Part shown: positions 1-9,362 of the stretch, one piece after another
How the letters are laid out: each line of letters opens with the position of its first letter
Numbering within the stretch: the first letter of the stretch is position 1
Virus genome (UHGV): UHGV-0129999
Length of the DNA stretch: 10,288 nt
Source: a virus
Direction: 5' to 3' (one strand)
Notes under the pieces: model-generated
What the model saw: the letters and a program-made list of their open reading frames with translations, nothing else
What the model was told of the DNA's origin: nothing
Database searches by the model: none
Program-made: the position numbers and the translations under genes

Positions 1-130
1 GAGGGAATAAAGGAATGTGCCAAGGCAGCAATTAAAACTCCCCCCTGCCACATGGATCCGCGAAATGATTCGCCATTTCCAATATGACGGCCAGGTGATA
101 GGGACATTATCCATTGCGTAAGGGAAATGA

Positions 131-3042
<2,912 letters not shown>

Positions 3043-3043
3043 G

Positions 3044-3066
3044 AAAAGCCCGGCGTTCGGGCTTTT
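3044..3066. terminator. Bidirectional rho-independent terminator between convergent operons
   Basis: AAAA-GCCCG-GCGTT-CGGGC-TTTT: 5-bp GC stem (3048-3052 / 3058-3062) flanked by an A-tract upstream and T-tract downstream, so it works on both strands; sits between stop of the + strand spike gene (3042) and stop of the - strand gene (3089). Confidence 0.6.
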
Positions 3067-3088
3067 CTGTTATGACGGGTTCAATTTT

Positions 3089-4087
3089 TTATCCGTTACC
3101 GCGCGACGGTTTCTGCGTGATAAACGTCTCAAGCATCTTTTCCGCAATTGCCGACCAGGTGTGACACTGGACCTTTTCAGCATTTTTCACGCGATCAACG
3201 CGAGCAATAACCTCATCCCAATCAATCCGCGACTTGATAACCATATGGTTCACCAAAGCCAGGCGATCTGGCGGAAGGCAATCGGGAGGCGTTAATACCA
3301 ACGCCCCACACATTGCCGCCTCAAGAACAGTTAATCCAAGGCTTTCGGGATGCGTAACAATAAAAACATCACTCTTACGCAATTCAGCTGCAAATTCGGT
3401 TGCTGGTACCGGCGTCCGTCTGTATGGAGTTACCGAAATATTCCCCGGATCAATGGTAACCAATCCGTCATCGGTCAACGTTCTGGCCTCATACGGAACA
3501 GTCAGACGCTGAAGGTTCATAAGGATACTTAAGGAGTGATCAAACCCACTAACATCAAATGCAGCGTGGTCTACAAAAATACGCAGAACATCGTCTGTTT
3601 TGGTTTCCAGATGGAACAGCTCCTGATTCGCTGCCCATCCAACATGTTTGTTAAAGCGATTATGACGCTCTAACCTGCCGGGATTATCCAGGTACCGCCA
3701 GGTATCATCGCGGACAGTAAAAGTAATATCAACTGGTGCCGAATCCAGCATAGAACCGTCGTATACCTGAGCTACCCATCCAGTGAATCGACGACGCAGT
3801 TGCACGCCTATTTCCCTGGGCACCGTAGTAAAATACCGCAATCCTGGCGCTAAAATGGCTTTCGCAGAACACGAGAGCGCAGCGGTCAACACAGCTTCAA
3901 CATAATCCTCCGGGCTTTCGACGCCGGGGGAATATGGACGATGGTATTGCAATGTTACCCCTGCCTCACTAAAGGCGCAGGCCAGGTTGTAAGCCCACAT
4001 TTCCGTATATGTTTTCACATCACTGATAGCTTCAAATTTTCGCCCAATGATCAGGATGTTCATCGGCTTTTCCTCATTCCATTGCAT
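3089..4087 (-). CDS. Putative GT-B fold glycosyltransferase (family 1/4-like), translationally coupled to the upstream helicase gene; occupies the position of P1 dbn (downstream of ban)
   Basis: 332-aa ORF. C-terminal region ESLGLTVLEAAMCGALVLTP matches the E-x7-E motif region of retaining GT-B glycosyltransferases (compare EGFGLxxLEAMAxGxPVI). Start ATG overlaps the helicase stop as TAATG (4085-4089). An alternative start at the ninth codon (ATG at 4063, MNILIIGRK) has a stronger GAGGAA Shine-Dalgarno. Confidence 0.6.
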   Translation of the reverse strand: MQWNEEKPMNILIIGRKFEAISDVKTYTEMWAYNLACAFSEAGVTLQYHRPYSPGVESPEDYVEAVLTAALSCSAKAILAPGLRYFTTVPREIGVQLRRRFTGWVAQVYDGSMLDSAPVDITFTVRDDTWRYLDNPGRLERHNRFNKHVGWAANQELFHLETKTDDVLRIFVDHAAFDVSGFDHSLSILMNLQRLTVPYEARTLTDDGLVTIDPGNISVTPYRRTPVPATEFAAELRKSDVFIVTHPESLGLTVLEAAMCGALVLTPPDCLPPDRLALVNHMVIKSRIDWDEVIARVDRVKNAEKVQCHTWSAIAEKMLETFITQKPSRGNG

Positions 4088-5451
4088 TAATAATCCTCTT
4101 GCCAGTCAGCACCAGCATAGTTATCAAACCGTGAGTATTGGCCGTTAAAAGCCAATCTCACCGTGCCAATTGGGCCATTTCGTTGCTTTCCGATAATTAC
4201 CTCGGCAATGCCCTTCATTTCGCTATCCGGGTGATAAACTTCGTCGCGATACAGAAACATGATCAGGTCTGCGTCCTGCTCAATTGCTCCTGATTCACGT
4301 AAATCTGAATTTACCGGTCGTTTGTCCGCACGCTGTTCAAGCGATCGATTAAGTTGTGACAATGCCACCACCGGTACTTGTAATTCCTTCGCCAACGCCT
4401 TCAGTGAGCGAGAAATCTCGGCAATTTCCAGCGTTCGGTTATCTTGCAGCTCGGGGACGCGCATAAGTTGCAGGTAGTCGATCATAATCATGCTCAAACC
4501 ACCATTTTCTTTATAAACACGACGAGCGCGGGAACGAAGCTCTGTAGGTGTCAGGGCGCTTGAGTCATCAATAAAAATATTCTGCTTGTCCAACAGAATC
4601 CCCATTGCGCCAGAAACCCGCGCCCAATCCTCGTCGTTAAGTTGCCCTGTTCGAATACGAGTCTGATCAACGCGTGCAAGAGAAGCCAGTGAGCGCATCA
4701 TCAGCTGGTGGCTCGGCATCTCAAGGCTAAAAACCAATACGGGCTTATCGTTACGGACTGCGGCATTTTCGACGAGATTCATCGCAAACGTAGTCTTCCC
4801 CATCGATGGGCGGGCGGCGACAATAATGAGATCGGACGCCTGAAGTCCTGCCGTCTTCTTATTGAGATCGGTAAATCCGGTATCAAGCCCCGTTACACCA
4901 TCATGCGGTCGCTGAAACAACTCTTCTATGCGAGATACCGTTGCATCGAGAATGCTGGCGATATCTTTTGGACCACTACCGCTCTTTTGTCGTTTTTCAG
5001 CTATTTCAAAAACGCGGCGCTCGGCCATATCCAGCAATTCATTGCTGCCCCTGCCATCCTGCGCATATCCAGCTTCGGCTATTTCATTTGCGACGGAAAT
5101 CATTTCACGAACAACCGCGCGTTCACGAACGATATCCGCATAAGCACAAATATTTGCCGCGCTGGGCGTGTTCTTTGACATCTCCGCAAGGTACGCAAAA
5201 CCACCGGCGCGTTCTAATTTACCGTTCTGTTCAAGTGCTTCAGCAAGTGTTATCAAATCAATCGGTTTGCCATGACTTAATAACCTCTCCATCTCACTGA
5301 AAATTTCACGATGAGCACTGGTATAAAAATCATCAGTAACTATACGATCTGCAACTTCATCCCAGCGGCAGTTATCAAGCATTAAGCCACCAAGTACAGC
5401 TTGTTCTGCACTAAGGGAATTTGGCATGGATTCAAGAGGGGATGCAGACAT
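4087..5451 (-). CDS. ban: Replicative DNA helicase, DnaB family (phage P1 Ban-like DnaB analogue)
   Basis: Protein is collinear with E. coli DnaB along its length (AEQAVLGGLMLDN, GFAYLAEMSKNTPSAANI, Walker A ARPSMGKTTFAMNLVENAA, IDYLQLMRVPELQDNRTLEIAEISRSLKALAKEL, SQLNRSLEQRADKRPVNSDLRESG) but diverges at the N-terminus and scattered positions, as expected for a phage paralogue. The ORF track starts at GTG 5457; ATG at 5451 is preferred because GGAG lies 5 nt upstream of it. Confidence 0.9.
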   Translation of the reverse strand: MSASPLESMPNSLSAEQAVLGGLMLDNCRWDEVADRIVTDDFYTSAHREIFSEMERLLSHGKPIDLITLAEALEQNGKLERAGGFAYLAEMSKNTPSAANICAYADIVRERAVVREMISVANEIAEAGYAQDGRGSNELLDMAERRVFEIAEKRQKSGSGPKDIASILDATVSRIEELFQRPHDGVTGLDTGFTDLNKKTAGLQASDLIIVAARPSMGKTTFAMNLVENAAVRNDKPVLVFSLEMPSHQLMMRSLASLARVDQTRIRTGQLNDEDWARVSGAMGILLDKQNIFIDDSSALTPTELRSRARRVYKENGGLSMIMIDYLQLMRVPELQDNRTLEIAEISRSLKALAKELQVPVVALSQLNRSLEQRADKRPVNSDLRESGAIEQDADLIMFLYRDEVYHPDSEMKGIAEVIIGKQRNGPIGTVRLAFNGQYSRFDNYAGADWQEDY

Positions 5452-5735
5452 TAGCACTCCACCCAGGCGTGCTGAATGTCAGATATAATCGGCATACTCA
5501 AATCACTCCTAACGATATGAGTCATCACCAGAAAATCAGGATTAATGCGCCGGACTCTTCCCGGCTGTCACACCGAATCGCCAGGATGGTGAGTCCCTGA
5601 ATCCGCTATCCTACCAACGGTGACTTGCACATTCCGGCTACCTGGTTTGTTGCCTGAGCTAGGGGAAAGGTTACCCCTTTAACGTCACCAGACCGCTAAC
5701 GACGCATGTGCCAGACGCCGTGTTACAACCAAATA

Positions 5736-5811
5736 TGGTGGCCCCTACCGGACTTGAACCGGTGACCGTGCGATTATGAGTCGCCAGCTCTAACCACTGA
5801 GCTAAAGGGCC
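5736..5811 (-). tRNA. tRNA-Ile (anticodon CAU, lysidine type; automated tools may label it tRNA-Met)
   Basis: Reverse complement GGCCCTTTAGCTCAGTGGTTAGAGCTGGCGACTCATAATCGCACGGTCACCGGTTCAAGTCCGGTAGGGGCCACCA (76 nt) folds as a canonical cloverleaf with encoded CCA; anticodon loop CUCAUAA; anticodon stem-loop nearly identical to E. coli ileX as recalled from memory. One G-A mismatch at the 27-43 pair. Confidence 0.85.
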
Positions 5812-5838
5812 GGATTACTGCCAATTTTGCTTACGCTT

Positions 5839-6666
5839 TTATTTCACCGGAACAAACGGAACAGCGGTATTACTGGTCATATACTGCGGTAATGTACCGT
5901 TCCATTTGTTGATCGCTTCCAACTCCATAACACCGGGGTTCTGGCGCAGAGCTTCACCACGTAAACGAATGGCATCAGCTTCGGCCTGGGCTTTTGTGCG
6001 AATAGCATCAGCCTGTCCGGCAGCTTCCGCGCGCAGCATGTTGGCCTCTGCTTCACGTTGTTTGACCTCTTGCTCGCGTTGCAGGGTTTTTTGGTTTGCC
6101 GTGACTTTGGCGTTAATACTGTCAATAACTGTTGGCGGGTATTCTGGCTTACCTACATAAGAGAGGCTCATCACCTGAATGCCGATTGGCGTCATTTCTT
6201 CCTGAATGTCTTTAAGGGCTGCATCAAGCAATTCGGATTTGCCACCGTCGATAAATTTGTCGGTTGTCATTTTGCTGGCTAACCGGTTCAGAGCATCTGC
6301 AACCTTCTGGCGTAGATCGGTATCAGTAATATCATCTACACCTTTGCGATAGGTCTGAAATACCGTTGTGACTTTTGCTGGATCAACCTTGTAGGCTACG
6401 CCGATGTGGTAACCAATGGTTGTTCCGTCGCTCATCTGGAAGCTGAACGGCTCATCGTATGTCTTCATTTGCTTAAAGGTCGGGAAGATATAAACTTCAG
6501 TATTCAAGCCTGTCCAGTAGCGACCAACGCCAACTACTTCACCGATACCTTTATCATCCCCCAGCTTATTTACTTTGATCCCTACGTTACCTGGCTCTAC
6601 CCGATCGCATCCGGTCAGACATAAAGAACCCAAAATAATCGCTGCACTAATCAACGTTTTTTTCAT
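5839..6666 (-). CDS. SPFH/Band-7 (stomatin/prohibitin-like) domain lipoprotein
   Basis: 275 aa; N-terminal signal peptide with lipobox (LCLTGC); central region typical of SPFH domains followed by a long Ala/Glu/Gln/Arg-rich coiled-coil tail (QREQEVKQREAEANMLRAEAAGQADAIRTKAQAEADAIRLRGEAL). AGGAAA Shine-Dalgarno upstream of ATG 6666. May correspond to P1 plp (from memory of the P1 map, not verified). Confidence 0.8.
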   Translation of the reverse strand: MKKTLISAAIILGSLCLTGCDRVEPGNVGIKVNKLGDDKGIGEVVGVGRYWTGLNTEVYIFPTFKQMKTYDEPFSFQMSDGTTIGYHIGVAYKVDPAKVTTVFQTYRKGVDDITDTDLRQKVADALNRLASKMTTDKFIDGGKSELLDAALKDIQEEMTPIGIQVMSLSYVGKPEYPPTVIDSINAKVTANQKTLQREQEVKQREAEANMLRAEAAGQADAIRTKAQAEADAIRLRGEALRQNPGVMELEAINKWNGTLPQYMTSNTAVPFVPVK

Positions 6667-6883
6667 TAATTAATTTCCTGGTTTTTTCACGAAAAAAGAC
6701 TACTGCGAAAGCTGGGTAAATGAGCGCGAGAAGGACTCCCAACAATACAAGTATTGTGCTGTTAGATGAGATCATATTTGGCAAAAGCCAAACATACAGA
6801 ACCAGTGACACAATCAAACAGAGGACGGCATAAATATATAACCGCACCCATAGCGTTCGACATTTGTTCGGATTGTTCTGCAT
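6647..6883 (-). CDS. Small two-helix integral membrane protein, overlapping the start of the SPFH lipoprotein gene
   Basis: 78-aa ORF with two hydrophobic stretches (LYIYAVLCLIVSLVLYVWLL and ILVLLGVLLALIYPAFAVVFF); GGAGTGAGAGG upstream of ATG 6883; 3' end overlaps the downstream lipoprotein gene by 20 nt, suggesting co-expression. May correspond to P1 upl. Confidence 0.55.
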   Translation of the reverse strand: MQNNPNKCRTLWVRLYIYAVLCLIVSLVLYVWLLPNMISSNSTILVLLGVLLALIYPAFAVVFFREKTRKLINEKNVD

Positions 6884-7064
6884 CCTCTCACTCCATTATT
6901 TAACGAATAAAAAAGCTGCGGTGCCGGGTGCCTCCCGGTGTCCTTTGGCTGGTTATCCACCGTGGACGGGGAAACAAGGAGAAATGAATGGACTGATATA
7001 ACCATTTCCCCGCGTGCGCTTAGCCGCATTCACCGCAACGGAAAGAGCATTCTTGGTGGACCTG

Positions 7065-7088
7065 TAGATTGGGATATGAACCCGTTAC
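7065..7088. repeat. 24-bp motif TAGATTGGGATATGAACCCGTTAC, copy 1 of 2 (plus a partial third copy at 7901..7917)
   Basis: Direct observation: 23/24 identity with 7344..7367; core GGG-ATATGA-CCC is an interrupted palindrome, and on the - strand reads GGGTTCATATCCC (tRNA T-arm-like). Confidence 0.5.
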
Positions 7089-7343
7089 AGGAGAATGCTC
7101 TTACCTGTTACGTGCTCCGTTTCGTGGAGCTAACGGCGGGTGATCAGACCGCACCAGACTGGACTTATTTCAGCGTTATGCTCATGCCAGAGAATCAAAC
7201 TGTGATGGTCGGTGCTGAACTCCGACACAGGGTTGTAGCAAGCCCCGCAAAGCGCGCACTACTGTAGTTGCGGCACATCAGCCTGTGCATTCACCACAAT
7301 GTTGAGAACACTGGTTGTCACGCTGCCTCGCGACATTTATTCA

Positions 7344-7367
7344 TAGATTGGGATATGACCCCGTTAC
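7344..7367. repeat. 24-bp motif TAGATTGGGATATGACCCCGTTAC, copy 2 of 2
   Basis: Direct observation; flanked by an inverted repeat pair (AATGTTGAGAACA at 7298..7310 and TGTTCTCAACGTT at about 7363..7375). Confidence 0.5.
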
Positions 7368-7533
7368 GCCAATGTTCTCAACGTTGTAGTGCCGGTTACG
7401 GTTCCGGCCAGGCCTCTTCCTCAACGGGGTGTTCTCCATACGGACTACCGTTTATTGGTCGTTCCTGCGGTTTATGTTGTGAAGCCAGATGCTTATCTTC
7501 TGGTTGCTTCTAAGAGCTGCACTTCATCACAAC

Positions 7534-7607
7534 GGTAAGGGTACTTCGTAGGGATTCGAACCCTCTGCCAAGCTCGGCGATCTCCGACGTCGCAAAATAC
7601 CCTTACC
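7534..7607 (-). ncRNA. Non-canonical tRNA-like element (possible pseudo-tRNA or structured RNA) directly 3' of tRNA-Thr
   Basis: The - strand reads GGTAAGGGTATTTTGCGACGTCGGAGATCGCCGAGCTTGGCAGAGGGTTCGAATCCCTACGAAGTACCCTTACC (74 nt): perfect 10-bp terminal helix (GGTAAGGGTA / TACCCTTACC), canonical T-loop GGGTTCGAATCCC, but no recognisable D-arm or anticodon arm and no encoded CCA. Lies 8 nt after tRNA-Thr. Confidence 0.3.
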
Positions 7608-7615
7608 TGTTGTGC

Positions 7616-7692
7616 TGGTGCCGATTAACGGACTCGAACCGCTGACATCCTGCTTACAAGGCAGGCGCTCTACCAACTGAGCTAAACCGGCA
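7616..7692 (-). tRNA. tRNA-Thr (anticodon UGU)
   Basis: Reverse complement TGCCGGTTTAGCTCAGTTGGTAGAGCGCCTGCCTTGTAAGCAGGATGTCAGCGGTTCGAGTCCGTTAATCGGCACCA (77 nt): 7-bp acceptor stem, D-arm GCTCAGTTGGTAGAGC, anticodon loop CUUGUAA, T-arm GGTTCGAGTCC, encoded CCA. Confidence 0.85.
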
Positions 7693-7693
7693 T

Positions 7694-7769
7694 TGGCGAT
7701 GGTGGATGGATTTGAACCATCGACCCGTTGATTAACAGTCAACCGCTCTAACCGCTGAGCTACACCATC
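7694..7769 (-). tRNA. tRNA-Asn (anticodon GUU)
   Basis: Reverse complement GATGGTGTAGCTCAGCGGTTAGAGCGGTTGACTGTTAATCAACGGGTCGATGGTTCAAATCCATCCACCATCGCCA (76 nt): canonical cloverleaf, anticodon loop CUGUUAA, encoded CCA; separated from tRNA-Thr by 1 nt. Confidence 0.85.
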
Positions 7770-8000
7770 ACTTGCCGGGTACGTCTCCGGCGAGGGCTTC
7801 CACCTCCGTATGCTTTTCGGCGCACCGCGCCCTGGCTGCAATTCGGTAACAGGGGATGCATAACCCTGGCTTCCAGCGTGATTAGCGCTTTCAGCATGAC
7901 GGGATATACCCGTAAATTCGTGGAACTGTACCCAAAGTGCTGTTAAGCACCGCTGTTACGCTGAAAAGAAGACGCAACAGGAAAGGACGCTGACCAACAG

Positions 8001-8537
8001 ATGGCCCCTTATGCAGATCTGTCAATGCTGCTTCAACTCGATATTGGTTGGGATGTTTACTGCCGTGCCAATGAGCGAGAAGTTTCAGAACTGCCGATCT
8101 CTATTGCCATTGGTGATGTGAATATTACTAAATCGCTTGAGGACGCTGTTAACGCGCTTAATACATCAAGTTTAGTCGCTGCTATGGGGGAGATTAACCA
8201 GACCCTTAACACTGGCTCAGGAAGCTCGTCAGGCTCTGGTTCAGGCGGCGGCACTGCCACTCCCCCACCAGCACTAACAGAAGAGCAAATTGAATCTCTG
8301 AAAGTAGCAACTGAACAGTTTGGGGTTGTTTTCAACCAGACAACAGCGCCCACAACTGCGTTACAACAGCAGTATGAACGAGCGAAGGAAAGCGCCAACG
8401 TAGCCATAACTGCTTATAACCATGCTATCGGTACCGCGCTTGCGGAAGCATCAGCAAATAAGGTCAGCACAGCCAGCGCAGTTGCCGTTTTGGTTCCTGA
8501 TTCTGTTCTTGATGAATTAAACAAAGCGGCACAGTAA
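8001..8537 (+). CDS. Hypothetical two-domain protein with a Gly/Ser-rich linker (GSGSSSGSGSGGG); function unknown
   Basis: 178-aa ORF on the strand of the downstream genes; no strong Shine-Dalgarno at the ATG at 8001, so the start is uncertain. No TM segment or recognised motif. Confidence 0.45.
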   Translation: MAPYADLSMLLQLDIGWDVYCRANEREVSELPISIAIGDVNITKSLEDAVNALNTSSLVAAMGEINQTLNTGSGSSSGSGSGGGTATPPPALTEEQIESLKVATEQFGVVFNQTTAPTTALQQQYERAKESANVAITAYNHAIGTALAEASANKVSTASAVAVLVPDSVLDELNKAAQ

Positions 8538-8576
8538 CAAAGGACTTCATTGATAATTTTTCTTCAGGAGGAAGGC

Positions 8577-8999
8577 ATGTCATTCTTTTCTACGTTAAAA
8601 ACAGCTTTGTCTTTGAAGGAGAAACTTGCTGCTACTGGTGTTCTTGTTCTGATTTGCGCACTTGTTGGTGCTGGGTTTGCATGGGAACGTCATCAGCTAA
8701 AGCAAGCCATGGAGAAAATTGGCAGTCTTGATCAGGCTGTTAAGGAACGTGATAAGTCAATAATGGATCTTAACCAGACCATTGAGACGATGAACAAAGC
8801 AGAGCAACATTTTCACAGCCAGGAAGTGAAAAATGAATCAGAACAAGCCAAATATGCTGACAGGCAAATGGAACGAAAAGCTGAAGTTCAGAAACAACTG
8901 GTTGCGGCGGGTAATGTTCGCCAGCGCATTCCTGCTGACACTCAGCGGTTGCTCCGGCAGTCGATCAGCGAATTTAACGCCGACGCCGACAAAGGTTAA
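8577..8999 (+). CDS. Rz-like inner-membrane spanin (i-spanin)-like protein: N-terminal TM anchor plus periplasmic coiled coil
   Basis: AGGAGGAAGG Shine-Dalgarno before ATG 8577 (the ORF track's 8550 start is TTG). Single N-terminal TM (LAATGVLVLICALVGAGFAW) then charged helical region; C-terminal QKQLVAAGNVRQRIPADTQRL resembles the lambda Rz segment RDDVAAGRRRLHIKA. Contains an embedded +1-frame lipoprotein gene. Confidence 0.6.
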   Translation: MSFFSTLKTALSLKEKLAATGVLVLICALVGAGFAWERHQLKQAMEKIGSLDQAVKERDKSIMDLNQTIETMNKAEQHFHSQEVKNESEQAKYADRQMERKAEVQKQLVAAGNVRQRIPADTQRLLRQSISEFNADADKG

Positions 9000-9165
9000 C
9001 CACCCTGCCCCCAAAAGTGCATTTATGTGCAGGATGCCAGAGTTTAGCAGTGAATATTTTGATGATCTGCCAGCGTATATCCTCGATACAGAAACGATGC
9101 TGATGGGGATTAACAGGAAGAATCGCAACGTTAATGATTACAACCGAGCTATTAGCGGTAACTAA
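8914..9165 (+). CDS. Rz1-like outer-membrane lipoprotein (o-spanin)-like, starting inside the preceding gene in the +1 frame and extending beyond it
   Basis: ATG at 8914 preceded by GGCGGG; signal peptide MFASAFLLTLSG with lipobox LSGC, Ser at +2 (outer-membrane sorting); Pro-rich mature region (TPTPTKVNHPAP) with a later Cys. The ORF track's 8833 start gives a 27-aa non-hydrophobic extension, so 8914 is preferred. Confidence 0.55.
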   Translation: MFASAFLLTLSGCSGSRSANLTPTPTKVNHPAPKSAFMCRMPEFSSEYFDDLPAYILDTETMLMGINRKNRNVNDYNRAISGN

Positions 9166-9176
9166 AAGGGATTTTT

Positions 9177-9362
9177 ATGTCTGATAAAGTAACAGTAAAG
9201 CAAACTATCAACAAAGCGACTTCAATCTACAAAATTGAGCAAATCACTGTTGGCAAGCCAGGATCTGAACAATACCGTCATGCTCTCGAACTTGCCGATC
9301 AACTTGGTTTAAAACATCCGGATTGTATCGAGCATGTATTTCCGACCTATGCTGATGAGTAA
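9177..9362 (+). CDS. Small hypothetical protein (61 aa); the reading frame continues open after its TAA stop up to 9569
   Basis: AAGGGA Shine-Dalgarno 5 nt before ATG 9177. After TAA at 9360-9362 the same frame stays open for 68 more codons to TAA at 9567-9569, just before a terminator. Confidence 0.4.
   Translation: MSDKVTVKQTINKATSIYKIEQITVGKPGSEQYRHALELADQLGLKHPDCIEHVFPTYADE

Noticed and set aside
1-87. Open frame running in from the left edge to TGA at 85-87 (possible 3' end of an upstream + strand gene)
   Set aside because: Only 28 codons are visible with no start or motif, and another short frame ends at 121; cannot be supported from this window.
4259-5300. Several + strand ORFs (72-156 aa) antisense to the helicase gene
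   Set aside because: Fully embedded opposite a highly conserved DnaB-family gene, with no ribosome-binding sites; typical antisense shadow ORFs.
6814-7029. 71-aa - strand ORF overlapping the start of the small membrane protein gene
   Set aside because: Out of frame with and overlapping a better-supported gene (6647..6883), and poorly positioned relative to the only Shine-Dalgarno-like sequence; likely spurious.
6938-7513. Two + strand ORFs (109 aa and 81 aa) in the spacer
   Set aside because: The first starts at GTG and the second at an ATG with no Shine-Dalgarno; their similarity (DWDMNPL / DWDMTPL) simply reflects translation of the 24-bp DNA repeat. Treated as non-coding, though a small protein cannot be fully excluded.
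7527-7841. 104-aa - strand ORF in the track
   Set aside because: It is the translation straight across the tRNA-Asn, tRNA-Thr and tRNA-like sequences (GSNP / AQLVERL peptides typical of translated tRNA genes); not a protein gene.
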